A stretch of DNA of 51,563 nt from Paraglomus brasilianum (lineage: Eukaryota), in assembly GCA_910592345.1 (NCBI GenBank), contig CAJVPI010000121.1, positions 1-51,563 on the forward strand, in the 5' to 3' direction. Made by a program: the position numbers and the translations under genes. The notes under the pieces are model-generated. The model ran no database searches and was not told the origin of the DNA. It saw nothing but the letters and a program-made list of their open reading frames with translations. Positions 18,047 to 30,406 of this stretch are shown here, in pieces. Numbering within the stretch: position 1 is the first letter of the stretch; each line of letters opens with the position of its first letter.

Positions 18047-18689
18047 GGCAAAACACAAGTGAAATTTGAAATCAAGACAGTTTAATAATTAGTATTCATA
18101 TGTTGGATATTTTGTATATCGATTTTTGCATGAGTAATATACTGTTATATGGATAATTTACTATTACAATGGGATTATTCGTTTATAATACCTGGGTATT
18201 TTACTCGACAATTAACAATGTTGAATTTTTCGAAAATAGTACCTGAGTCTTTTACAAAATCAGGCCTCAAAATTGCTATGCTTGGGGGGGGGTCAAGGAA
18301 ATAATCTTGAAAGCATTTTTGAGGTATGCAATTAAAGCTGGTAACCATATAGCTGGGTTGTAGTCCTTTCATTTATAATTACATTATATAAGTATCTATT
18401 CACCCAAACGGATAACACCCGAAATTGTGACTGATCAAACGCTACAGTTGGTGCTAGCTTATTAAATTACCAAGTAAACCGTTGCTTGACCCGTTTACAT
18501 AGGATGTGAAAAAAACAAAGACTCTTAATTTCCAGGATTCCTTGTCATGATTTATTACTATACTCCAAGTGTTTGGTGCATCCAATATGTCTATTCTGAC
18601 CCATCAGAATACTGAATATGTGATACACCGATAATGTAAACAAAGAACATATCAATCGACTGATAATTATTAAAAAGTATAAGCATAAT

Positions 18690-20330
18690 AATGTACACTT
18701 TGATTGGTTACATCGGATCGGTCTTATAAAGAATGTCATATCTTCAATAATATTGAATACTAGTTAACCAGTTTAATAAGTGTTGTCTAGAATAATTAAT
18801 ATTAATTAATATTAATAATAGGAATCGAATTTTTTTTTTGAAATTGCAAATTCAGAAGTTTTGCATACTAATACACCGAAGTACGCATATTGTGATTAAT
18901 AAATACAATTTAACAAGTATTGTTTCGAATAATTAATATTAAATTGACGCAATGATTTATTGGGTATTTCGCAATTTATACTGAGTATTTCTGCTAAGAA
19001 ATACTACATAAATTAGATTTGTCTTACAAAAAACAAAAACAAAAACAAAACAGATTCATTTTGTAAAAGAAAAAAACAACTCGACATTTCGTTTTACTAA
19101 AAAACAAGAGGTAAAAATTTAACTAAACAACGTTCTACTTACTAAAAAACGAAAGAAAAAAAAAACAATTATACAACATTGGGACTTTCTAACAAACAAA
19201 ACATGTCTTATCGCGGACAATTGTTTCGAAGTGGATCAGAAAGTTTATATACCCCTAAACCCAACATAGACGTCCCGCATATTTCGTCAAGTCCGCCGCT
19301 AGTCGAAAGACAAGTTTGACTACAGCAGGAACAAGATTGCATCGCCCACAGTCAGGAACTCAAAAAGGCGCTATTGTGATGCATTCTGTTTGTGTAACCG
19401 TCGCCGTGGAAGTTGATTTACAATTATTACATTTCCTTGCTCGACGAATAACAGCAAGAGGTGTGGGTGGGCAGATCAAAGCGGATGTAACAGTCGTTAT
19501 TGTTACGGTGGTTGTTGTGGTTGAACATCTGTTTTCCTTAGCAATAATAGTCGATGCTAGCAATGCTAGCAGGTAGAAAAGAATGATCGAAGAGAGTTTG
19601 AGAGATTGTCCATTCATTGTTAAATTATTTACGAGTCAAATTGTAAACTTTTAAAAATACAATTGTATTTATCGGACTAAAGGAATTTCGGCTGGTTTAT
19701 ATGAGATTTTTTAAATGCAATAAATTAATATCAGTGATTTCATTATGCATCTGACAAGTTACACTATTCTATGTTGATTCTTGGGTGATGTATCAGATAA
19801 TCGTGATACAAGTACAATTATGCATAGTCTTTGGTTGTCGAGTTATTAAGATTAGAAATTTAAGGAAGATCGCATCTCGTTATCTATTTTATAAAAAACA
19901 ATTATCGATACGATTATACGATTATACCAAGTATTTCTGCAAGAAATACCACACTTAATCTTAGTTAATCAGGCTGAGAGGATTTCGTTAGCAAATAAAG
20001 CGGCGCGAGCACAACGCATGCATCGTCGATGTATTCAACGTAACTAGTGATTATTTATAAATAAGCGGTGCGTACGATATCGATAATGCAATAATGCATA
20101 GGGGAAGCCCACATAAATTTCGCATTTGTTATCCCACACTTTTAACGTCGTACAGTATATTCCTATATAGAGTATTTAACACAATGATGCTCCGATCAAA
20201 CATAGGGGTGATAGTGAACGAGTAGAGCGTCAACGGTAACTGCCCGCTGCCCGCACCCGTCCACCCGTCGAGACAAAAGAGAGCAGCCACCTGGTTAACC
20301 AGTTTAAAAACAAGTATGTTAGTAAGCGAT
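18690..20330 (-). repeat. Copy B of the ~1.5 kb inverted duplication
   Basis: Reverse complement of 8540-10000 (see copy A). Confidence 0.85.
19240..19617 (-). pseudogene. Small secreted Thr/Cys-rich protein with premature stop and frameshift in the knottin-like domain
   Basis: ORF 19360-19617 has a signal peptide and Thr-rich stalk; TGA falls where copy A has TGC; downstream VPDCGRCNL then frameshift before CCSQTC. Confidence 0.65.
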
Positions 20331-20970
20331 TATTTATCCACCAATCTACTTATGTCTATCGCCACTTCTTTTAAAGCCAACCCCTTCTTTACGTCCTCCA
20401 CGATTGATGTTGGTCAATGGCGTTACCATCTGTAATAGAGTTGTTGTGGATAAGTAAATATTATATAAAGTTCCATGCAACACTTCGACAGAATAGTAAT
20501 CTATAAATTTATCGCTGGACTAGAAGACAATGAGGGTCATATAAAATATTTATCCACAAGCGTTTCGATCTATTATCCATTCAAATAAGGCTCTGTTCAA
20601 GTTCTTACTCTCCACTTTTATTATTTCGTACTTCACTATTCTTGTTTATCTAACATTTTCATAATGGCTAAATTGTTTATGTCAGGGCTCCACGTTTTTC
20701 AGTAAGATTAAACCGCTTTGTCAGTAGTTAGGAGGCATGATCGCTTGTTATTGCTGTTGGCAATATGTCGAGTAGACTTAGCGCGCTGATAAAAATAATA
20801 ACGAAGCAAAAGTATTCCGAGATTATAGTGTCGGGAAAACTTTTCGAAAGAGGCGGTACTCGTGTGTGCTAGTATAAATAGAAATGACACTAATTTTTGG
20901 GTTATTTTATTGACGGGAATTATTTATTTTATTGAAGACAAGAATATCTGAATAAATAAACGTACATATA

Positions 20971-21061
20971 CACAGTAAAGGCCGCTTTAACGAAGGTCTG
21001 TTTTAACGAATATGGCCTTATAACGAAGGTCTGTTTTAACGAATATGGCCTTATAACGAAG
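20971..21061. repeat. 33-bp tandem duplication at a probable MITE/transposon end
   Basis: TAACGAAGGTCTGTTTTAACGAATATGGCCTTA x2 following CACAGTAAAGGCC; TAACGAA motif is shared with the TIR at 24259. Confidence 0.6.
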
Positions 21062-21909
21062 CTTTTTCATGAAACCGATTCATTCATATATGCTTAGCGC
21101 CCGGATTTATAATTAAAATCTGTATAACAATATAGCAAAGAAATTTCAAACCTGCTATATGCGAGGCTATAAGTTAAAAAAAAATCCATAATTGAAAGAA
21201 TCATCATCAAACATCCATAATAAGCCTACTTCAAACATTTTTGGGCCTCAGGAATCGTCTTGATGTAACTTGCCAATTTATCTCCTACGTTTGTATCACT
21301 ACGGAGGACCCACAGGTTGATGACATTGACTTGGATTCTTCTATACGTTCCACGAAGTCAATATTACCAATATCGTTGCTGGTAACACCGTTACGAATCT
21401 TTTCATATTTTCCTTGTCCATAAAGAATTTATCGATTTCATCTGCGGACTCCTCTTCTTCACTCGCATCCAGATCTGGATTAGATTGTCACTAACCAATG
21501 GGGTTAGAGAATAGAATCTGATCAACCAATGAAAGATCATGGTTTCAGCTTCAGCTGGATTTTTAAGCTCCCACAGGTGTTTATAATGGTAATACAGTAG
21601 TAATAGGATTTTATTCTCACAGTAAAAAGGCCGCACCAAATTTATCCATGTTCCTCGTGCGTACAAGAGAAAAGCACGAGCAGTCCTACCAATCGAGTAT
21701 TTTTATCAGAAACTTAAAATTAACAGCAGATAAACGAATACCAGAATAATTAACTCTTTCAAAGCTCACTATCGAAAGTTGTATCTTCAAACAGTATTGG
21801 AGGCCAATAGCAATAACAAACTGCAAGAGATATCTTATGATGTCTAATACCAAAGCTCCATCTGAAACCTCGTTACCCTCGTTACCCTCGTTACCCTCCT
21901 TACCAGACT

Positions 21910-22518
21910 TTGATACCAACCCACCCCGAAACATCACATTCCATTACTGACACTCTAGAAAGGGTTATAACCGACTTCCGAGCATCACGATATAATGAAC
22001 TGCGTCTAAGAGCATTCGGAAATAAAAGATACCTCGAATTAAACAAAGCCAGGAGAGAAGTCTTATTCGGGGATTCGTACATTTCTCTTGGTCCAAAAAA
22101 AACAGTCGCTGATACAGAAGCACTCGAATTACAAGAGGACATTAAAATACTCACCCAAACTATCAACGGCAATATCAGGAACTCTTACTCATCTAAACAT
22201 GCAAGCAGTACGTTGAGGTCAAGAGCGACAACAATGGTCGAAAAGTATATAGCAGCAGCGCTTTACAGAAGGTTCGGGAGTTATACAATGGATGACCAAC
22301 TTCGGGATACGAGCTTTGATCCTGAAAACCCAATAAAGTGGAAGTCGTTGGTAAAACGGAAAGCACAGTTTTCGAAGGTCTCGAGGGTGCTGACCCTCTG
22401 CGGTGTCAACTTACCAGCAGACTTGTTGTCAATAGCGCGCTGGTACGAGCCGCTGTGGGCAGACATTCCAGAAGCGACCGATATTACATGCACCAGTCGA
22501 CGACGACGACCAGTTTAG
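21910..22518 (+). CDS. Hypothetical 202-aa ORF, possibly mobile-element derived
   Basis: Long open frame, more GC-rich than the surrounding repeat-rich region; TTG start, no recognised domain. Confidence 0.3.
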   Translation: MIPTHPETSHSITDTLERVITDFRASRYNELRLRAFGNKRYLELNKARREVLFGDSYISLGPKKTVADTEALELQEDIKILTQTINGNIRNSYSSKHASSTLRSRATTMVEKYIAAALYRRFGSYTMDDQLRDTSFDPENPIKWKSLVKRKAQFSKVSRVLTLCGVNLPADLLSIARWYEPLWADIPEATDITCTSRRRRPV

Positions 22519-22895
22519 CCCGTCCGGTCAACAGTCAGCTTGTTATCGAAGCGCTCACTGTTAGACACAAACGGTAATTTCTACCACACCTTATTAGTGG
22601 TAATACCCGTATTTTGGGCATCGGTACCAGCGCCACTAGTTAACGCGGCACTCGTCCGGCAGTTTGATCGATATCGCGTTACTGGTTTCAGAATTATTTC
22701 AGCGCAGAGCAGCAGACGTTCCGTCCTCTGTTTCGCATTTTGGGAATCACTAGATATATAAGCAGTCCTTATCTCATCGTCAAATTCTCATGTTGTTCAT
22801 GTTGTTTAATTTTGTCCAATAAGTATCAAATAAATGATCCCTTTGAAATCGAAATTTTACTTTCTTTCATTGTTGCGATATTAATTATTGCCACG

Positions 22896-23007
22896 GCTGA
22901 TTCTGAAATCCGGCTGAAGCTGAAACCATGACCTTTCATTGGTTGATCAGATTTTATTCTCTAACCCCATTGGTTAGTTTTAGCTTCAGCCGGATTTCAG
23001 CATCAGC
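22896..23007. mobile_element. 112-bp foldback/hairpin MITE-like element (partial inverted copy at 21490-21560)
   Basis: Arms GCTGATTCTGAAATCCGGCTGAAGCTGAAAC / GTTTTAGCTTCAGCCGGATTTCAGCATCAGC (31 bp, 2 mismatches). Confidence 0.7.
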
Positions 23008-23029
23008 TCTCACAATTATTTAATCGGAT

Positions 23030-23446
23030 ATTAATAAACGGCTCTTTCAAGCTGTAAGAGCGGCTCACTTAAGCTGTATAAATTATCCGTTGATCTAGTT
23101 GAGGAACGATAGTTATATTGTTAATTAGTTTGGGACAAGTGACAGAATTTGACTAGTCAAAATACAAAACCGAAGATAGCCCTGTTTAATATTAAATAAT
23201 TGTTGTTGTTATTTTATTGTGGGTACCCTTATTTGGAATCATGAGTGATTTGAAGCTCGGATAGGGAGTGAGTGAAGAAGCGCGCACTTTAATGATTAAT
23301 TAGGTCACTTGTAGGTTAGAATTCAGTCTTAATCGAACAACTATCGTAATAAGGGCGGCAGCACGAAGCTAATAACCCCGGTCGGAAGAACACCCCTACG
23401 CGAAAGATCAATCGCTCTCCCAAACCCAGACAATCCGACCGTAGCA
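23030..23446 (-). mobile_element. LTR-like repeat copy
   Basis: Diverged reverse complement of 23678-24100; also matches 1-99. Confidence 0.6.
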
Positions 23447-23677
23447 TTTGAAAAAGTTCTTGGTGCTGAAGACAAAGCCTAATAGTGCTTTTAATACCTA
23501 AATGAGAAAAAGAAGGATGACAAGGACAGGATGGAAGAGTTTTCAGAAAGATGGTTGCACTTTTGATAATGAAAGAATAACTGAAAAATTAAGAGATCTG
23601 AGATCCTGAAGCTTATTATTGAAAGTAAACAAAACTCCAAAAAGTCTAGTTGAATCAGAAAATCGACCTAATAAGAG

Positions 23678-24220
23678 TGTTACGGTCGGGAATTAAATGG
23701 GGGGTTGGGAGAGCGATTATCTTTCGCGTCCGACCGGGGGATGTTACCAGGCTTAGCTCGTACTATCGCCCTTACTACGATAGTTGTACAATTAAGACTG
23801 AATTAAGCCCACAAGTGACCTATTTTTTAATTACGCGCGCTTCTCATTCCCTATCCGAGTTTCAAACACTCGTGAATACAAATAAGGGTGCCTCTAATAG
23901 AGCAACAATAATTATTCTATTAAAGAATCGAAGGGTCGGTGTCTGTCATTTGTCTCTACTAAACTAATTAAACAATAATCGTCTCGATAATTAATTATTA
24001 TTATGAACTCTCGTTCCGTTATTCACGTAATTGATCCACGGACAGCTTACTAGTTTGATCAAATCGATGCTTAAGTGAGCCGTTTATTGGAGTGTCCGAT
24101 CTAATAATCAATTACGACGATAGAAGAAATAAAATACGCATTCTAATAATAAAGGGAATTCGGGAGTATACTGCTAAGATCAGTAGTATTGTCGATTTAT
24201 TTCATTCGATGTTCACAACA
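23678..24220 (+). mobile_element. LTR-like repeat copy (probable solo LTR)
   Basis: Starts TGTTACGG; homologous to 1-99 and 23030-23446; right end approximate (…TTCACAACA). Confidence 0.55.
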
Positions 24221-24258
24221 TCATGAGGAATTTGATGATGGAAGAAGAGCTACTGCTA

Positions 24259-24424
24259 CAGTCGAACCTGGTTATAACGAATCCTACGGGACCAGAGAAA
24301 ATATTCCTTATAACCAAGTTTCTTAATGAAATTCGCTATAGCCAGCCAGATACTCAAAAACGATTGGCTTGGAGAAAATTTATCTTCATTATAAACAGAT
24401 CTTCGTTATAACCAGGTTCGACTG
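24259..24424. mobile_element. pogo/Tc1-mariner-type MITE
   Basis: Perfect 23-bp TIR CAGTCGAACCTGGTTATAACGAA with TA target-site duplication on both sides; 166 bp. Confidence 0.9.
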
Positions 24425-24436
24425 TACTTATTAATA

Positions 24437-25100
24437 CAGTCCCGAAAAAATAATACTGGCGGTACAACCTCCTCGTCTTTTTGTACCAATAAAAATTACA
24501 TGACAACAACAAACGCGTTTTTGTCATGTCTACCTTATTCAGAAAGTGTCGTGCAACATATATATTTGTTTGTCTTTTAACTTTTCGTCAAAAAACCCAA
24601 TCATCAAATCGTGAAGTGCGTAGAAATTTCTAAACTAACTGGTGTCCCACTTCGATCTTGTGAACGTACTAGTAATGTCAGCTTTTGCGGGAAAAAAGTC
24701 GTTTACGAAAAATTACTCCGTTATGCGGCGTCAAATAGGAAGGATTGTCCAAGAAAATTACGGCAGAAATGAAAGTTGCACCAGAAAAAAAGCATCCAGA
24801 GCTGAATGTTACTGAACGGACTGTCCGTAATGAGCTTTCTAGACTTGGATATGCTGCAATTTTGCCCAAGCGGGTTCCCCTTTTTACGCCAAAGGCAAAG
24901 AGATTAAACTCAAGTGGACATGTGATTACCAGCATTACGACTGGCATAACGTTGTATTTTCTGATAAACCAATTATGCCTATGGTAACACATCCATTAAA
25001 AGTTCACGTTTGCGGCTGTATGGTAAAACATCCGGGGTGTTTGCTTTTACAGAAAATATAGACTGACATCTTTATAAAAAAATTTTCTTAGAGACCATTT
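24437..25100 (+). mobile_element. Tc1-like transposon relic
   Basis: TA-CAGT start; HTH-type LNVTERTVRNELSRLGY...KRVPLFT followed by frameshifted YQHYDWHNVVFSD (first catalytic Asp motif). Confidence 0.75.
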
Positions 25101-26832
25101 GTATGCTAATGCTGATAGATTATGTAGAAAAGCCGGTTGGATCTTACCGTAATCGATGGCCCATTCTCTGGGGTTAGGTATCCTGGAGGAAGTAATATCT
25201 GTTGGGGCGTTTTTTCTTCATTGCAAGGTTACAGGGTTGAGAAACATCAGATAAGCTATTTTCTAAGGAAGCATGCGTTACATTATCACTAGATTCGATT
25301 TCTTTTGCAGAATAGAATACTTTATATCTTGAATCTTTTGTGGTCTCTGGAGAGCCATGATCATTGCTGGTTTCAATAGTCTACAACCGACTCTAAAATA
25401 ATTTCCGTTGAATTATTAATGGGTGGTTATCTCGCGGGGTATCTGAAAATTCTTCAATATTGCCAATTGTTTCCCGTAGCTTATTCGCGATTTTAGAACG
25501 ATCGATGATATACTTTTCCCACCACCTTCCCGTTTGCAGTCAATACCAATTAGCAGAAAATTTTTTTCAAGAATAGTGCTACTGAATGGGGAGTTGCTTG
25601 GAAGGACAATAAACTAAAAATAATAAATCAACGACTGTTGATGATTTTGCCTTGACGGATTTGGATTCTGAAATCACTGAAAATATACAGTGGCAGTTAT
25701 TATGTTTAGCACGTCCAATGTTACTACGTGTCCACAGCATTGTTAAAAACGTTGATGATACCAAAACTGCAAGTTAAAAGCGTTAGCATTGAAAACAATA
25801 CATGTTAAATGAATGGGTGCTAATACTGACAAATTTAATTTAACGAAAAGAAGGCTGTTCTTTTCAAAGACCGTCTCATCCGTAAACTTCAATTCCTGTT
25901 CTCCATGTTTTAAATAATACAGGCTAGTTAAAATAAGAGTTGCAAGAGACACAGAACTATAGTACCATACTCCTCCAAATAGAGTATGCATAATTCATGT
26001 GTCAAGCTAATACAGCAAGGTAAAGTATTGTAAGAACCGATGATCTGTTCTATCGGCATCGATAATACGAGTATGAGGAATGCCCACTGCTACATTTAAT
26101 TATCTCGATTTATGTCAAAATGTATCAGTTCCTGGGCTCAAAAATGAATAATAACTGTATTAGTGCTAAGTTTGCATTCGAAACTTGAACCTGAATGCTC
26201 TTCATGTTCGCAATTTGCCTTAATGACATGATAGTAGCTAAGTAGGCAGTAAGCGTCTTTTTAAGAAATCGCAAAGTATTACCAGAGAGAAATAGCGTGG
26301 GATGCTTATCACGTGGGGGTCAAAATGTTGTTTTACTATAGTCTTTCGGCAAGAATCTTCCATTGCAATAGCTTATGCACGTTCCTATTAAGTAGATTTG
26401 TATTCCCATAGACGAACAATATTTGTTTGGACAATAAACTATGTTGACTGCGGCAGGGGCTTAACGGATACAGAAACTTTCATTTACGGTGAAACGTGCT
26501 AAGCCAGATTTGAAGTAATATTCCCCAACATTCCAACGTTTGTCTCTCCCATTTCGTTACTGGCTAATGAGAGTACAAGCACTAGAATAAGATTAGTTAG
26601 ACTGTCCCTCAAAAACGGTAATGATTGCATAGCAAACTATATTTTTGGGCGCTTTGTTTGCAAATCATGATGCCTGTGACTACATCGAATAAAGTGACAA
26701 ACCTGTTTTAGCCCAGACAGTGGTTTGAAAAATTCTCCCACGCCAACTTGGAATTCGGTTATATAGCTACGACAGTCAACACTCGTTCGCATTCAAAAAA
26801 TCACCATTCATCAAATATCATTGTAAAAAAAA

Positions 26833-27227
26833 ATGGTTGATTTGAATCATTGGCAATCCAAACTAGTTGGGAAAGTTTTCCTTGACGACAATACTGTTAA
26901 GCCAGACCATGTCTCCGACGCTGAGGTAAAGGAAGGATAAATATTTACGTAAGGTGGTATTATTTACCAAACTGCGTGGGCTAACTTTTGTTTGTCGTAG
27001 TGTGTACGAAAGCATGACTTGCCTGAGAAACACAGAGTAGTGCGTGAAGGCTATATGTATACTGCGGACTTTGATGAAAGCAGGTGTGTATTGTCAATTT
27101 CAATAGATTAGAATGGAATAACATGGTGTAAACAGTGTAAATAATAACTGAAAACCATTCTCCAATATGTAGATTGCAAGTTCATGTAGATAGCACTAAC
27201 ACTATCCATAAAGTGACCGTTGGTTAA
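26833..27227 (+). CDS. Small protease inhibitor, I78 family / potato inhibitor I-like (76 aa, 3 exons)
   Basis: Exons 26833-26925, 27001-27083, 27173-27227 give MVDLNHWQSKLVGK...DLPEKHRVVREGYMYTADFDESRLQVHVDSTNTIHKVTVG, matching the family pattern T-x-D-[FY]-x3-RL-x-V-x-VD...G. Confidence 0.85.
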
Positions 27228-27480
27228 GACTACGTAGATAATGCTTTATGCTCATCGGATGAAAATAAAAGCTTTGTATTAGTATGGCCTGTTGACCTAA
27301 TGACTTGTTTATATCTGACTGTGATTGGTGGTCGGTCGGTCACATTTATTTTAGTCTCTTGTGCATGACCGAGTCCTGCCTTTCTTGAATAGTTTGACGC
27401 TTTTGATCATGAGCCAAGGTATAAAACTGTTGTCCTTTCGAGCCTTCCTGTATCGTTGAACGTTAGCTTTGTTGTATAAT

Positions 27481-28831
27481 ATGATGGCTCTAGTTAGCAG
27501 TCAGGATCAGTTTGATAAACAAAAGTCGCCTGCTGATGTAAACGCGGACGAGCCAATTGTTTCGTCTAGACTGTCAATGCTACAAACATCAATATGTGGT
27601 GTGGTTGCTGGCATGGCTTCCAGGTATATACAAAAGATATGCTAAAGTATGGTTTATGCAATCTTGCTGACGTTGTTTCTCGATCTGCCGATGGGCGAAC
27701 TGAATGCTAATTAAGATTTGCAGTAGCTCCACTTGATGTCATAAAGATTAGACTACAGGTTAGCGTAATTCACTTATACTTTGTAGCTACTACAAGAGTA
27801 GATACCATGGTTAAACACTCAACTAGTCAGCGACCTGCTAATAGTAAGCATTGTGCTTTTCCCATAATCATTAATACAGCTGCAAACAGTTCGCCATGGA
27901 CCGAAATATCGTGGCATGTTTCATGGACTGAAATTAATTGTCAAAGAAGAAGGGATACGAGTAAGTTTCGGCTTAATCGCTCTATAAAAAATCTACCTAT
28001 TCAACCATATGATCGTTTTCCCAATCAATATACAGGCGCTATGGAAAGGCAATCTCTCAGCCGAATGTCTCTACCTTTCATATGGTGCGGTCCAGTTTTT
28101 GAGCTATCAACAAGTAGATGCTTTACTCAAACGAATGAACACATCTGTGCCAATACCGAACATATTAATGCCTTTTATTAGTGGTGCTTTGTGCGGATGT
28201 ATTGCCACCGTCACGACGTATCCATTCGACTTGCTCCGAACCAGATTTGCAGCCCAAGGGAATAAAAAAATCTATAACAGTCTATCACACGCATTGAGGC
28301 AAATTTATCGCTACGAAGGCATCGGGGGGTTCTTCAAAGGAGTAAAGCCAGCAGCGATTCAAATCATGCCATACATGGGTATTAATTTCGGATGTTATGA
28401 CATTATCAAGAGACGGCTGCAGGTATAACCGGAAACCGTAAATCAGTCCCCCACCATCCTTGTATACGTTATTCATACTACATCTATCTGTTCAAAACCA
28501 GAAATCCAATCAATCAAACGTAATGAGATCTATAATAGATCTAACTAGCGGTGCTCTAGCCGGATTATTCTCCAAGACGGTTGTGTTTCCACTCGACGTT
28601 GTACGGAAGCGAATGCAGATACAAGGGCCTAATAGGATGGATTACGTCGTCCATAATGTTCCCGTGTATTCAACATCCGTTCTGACCTGCATCAAGGAAA
28701 TATTACATAAGGAAGGTCTGTTAGGATTGTATAAAGGACTAACGCCTGCTGCTGTTAAGGCCGCTTGTGCTAGTGCTGTTACTTTCTTCATATACGGACA
28801 AACCAGGAACTTACTTGAACGAATGAAATGA
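27481..28831 (+). CDS. TPC1: Mitochondrial carrier, most like the thiamine pyrophosphate carrier
   Basis: Three PX[DE]XX[KR]XR signatures (PLDVIKIRLQ, PFDLLRTRFAAQ, PLDVVRKRMQIQG); WKGNLSAECLYLSYGAVQF is typical of Tpc1/SLC25A19. Confidence 0.85.
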
Positions 28832-29199
28832 ATTGGTCAGGCCAATTATGTCTTGATGCCAATTGAATGTCGCCATTATGATATCGAGGGGTTGATTTGT
28901 GACCGCCAGAGTTGAAAGAACGTTTGTAGAATAAAGGCGGGCCCTCAATAATGATAATGGATCACACGAGACCGCAAATCATAAGATTTGTGTTAGACCC
29001 CCTGACCTTGCTTTTCTACTAATGAGAGCTGACGTTTTTATTGGCAGCTAGACATGAGCCATAATTACTGGTTCGTTATTTGAACAGCACACCTCGCAAC
29101 TCGTGGGGACGGTTAATGTAGTATTTATATGATTTAAAGTAGAAAGCGCGCAACTGAATGTTGTATAAAATATACTTATTTACGCGTAAGCATTCTAAA

Positions 29200-29800
29200 G
29201 CCGTTCAACCGTGTGGGAAGATCTACAAACAAGAGCGTGATCCATTATCGAATATGACCTTCATCAATGTGCATCTCATCTGCAAAATCCCAAAACCTGA
29301 TCAACCCTAACCCGCGAAAAAAAAAAGGGGATATTTTTTCATTTGGCCCGTATTGCAGAAGGGGCCAATATAAGTTGATGCCATATTACTCGAATTGTTC
29401 GTGGCAAGTATCTTTCTGCGTCAATGATAACAGTACTGGAAGTCTTTACAGCATCCAGCCTTACTAAATACGGGTTTATGCCTTTTGACGGCTTCCCACA
29501 AACGCGGAGTCTTTGTTACACTAATAAGCAGTCTTACGTTCTCACCGTCTGCTAATTAAACTCACGTTGTGTTCATAATAATATGAATTCTATCTTATTA
29601 TGACGATCTTTGATCGGCAATGTCTGTCGACTGTCGATTTTCTCCGTGTTTAGTATTTATGAACTAATTGCGTATGCCTAAACCAGTACAAGTACAACTG
29701 ACAGGGGGGAAAGTTTTTTTTCCCTTACGTCTCGCGAGAAAGAGATGTTGACCTCGTCAAACCATTTCAATAGTTAATTGACCACCATCATAAGAATTTG
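29200..29800 (+). ncRNA. Candidate telomerase RNA (boundaries unknown)
   Basis: AACCCTAACCC at 29303-29313; enclosing helix TGTGGGAAG 29212-29220 / CTTCCCACA 29492-29500; further stems; directly upstream of Est3/TPP1-like and TERT exons. Confidence 0.35.
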
Positions 29801-29813
29801 ACGATACTAAAGA

Positions 29814-30406
29814 ATGTCGCATATAATTTCAGAGCCATGGATTCTTTCTATTATTACTCGCTTCTTTAATGAGAAGAGAGCATTCTACGAGGATCAAATT
29901 TTCCATGGACAAATTACTAACGTAAGTGCTAATCCCATTCGAGTTAATTCTAAACTTTTTTTTTTTAATGCAAAAATTCTCTACATTGAATTAACGAAAT
30001 TGGTGCCTTGCGATAGATTGAGTACAGGCCACATGCGAACATCTTTAGGGCAAAGTTAAACGACCGTAATAGCATAGTTCAATGCGAATTATCTCCTTCC
30101 CCCCTAAACCGGTATGCTATCCTTTACTCGTGTCCGCGTAACTGTGCATTAAGTTGACAAACCAAAAATGTAAAAAAAAATATTTTCTCATGGGTTTATT
30201 AAGCGTGGCCGAAATGAAATTGTTCGCTCCATTTATTGTTGTGAAGGCTTTTTCTGTCATTGTGGACGCGATGCCGTCTAATGAAGAACGGATGGTTTAT
30301 TTAAGTATAAAAAATTACGACGTTACTCACGGTTATATCAATCCTCAACTTTTGGCCAGCTTTACACCGATTTGGAAGGAAAAGGCAATCAAAAACGCGG
30401 TAAAAG
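29814..30406 (+). CDS. Est3/TPP1-like OB-fold exons (probable N-terminal extension of TERT)
   Basis: Exons 29814-29921, 30017-30111, 30204-30406 splice in phase: MSHIISEPWILSII...HGQITN/IEY...RAKLNDRNSIVQCELS...R/VAEMKLFAPFIVVKAFSVIVD...VYLSIKNYDV, paralleling TPP1-OB PWIREL, GQLLEV, LLVSDGTHSVRC, LLLQDCGV, FYLQVDRF. Confidence 0.65.

Noticed and set aside
19360..19362. In-frame TGA aligned with Cys (TGC) of the paralogue, suggesting selenocysteine or readthrough
   Set aside because: A frameshift follows about nine codons later and no SECIS is evident; a simple nonsense mutation in a pseudogene is more likely.
25200..26500. Hydrophobic minus-strand ORFs, possible membrane-protein pseudogene
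   Set aside because: No coherent exon structure or recognisable motif.
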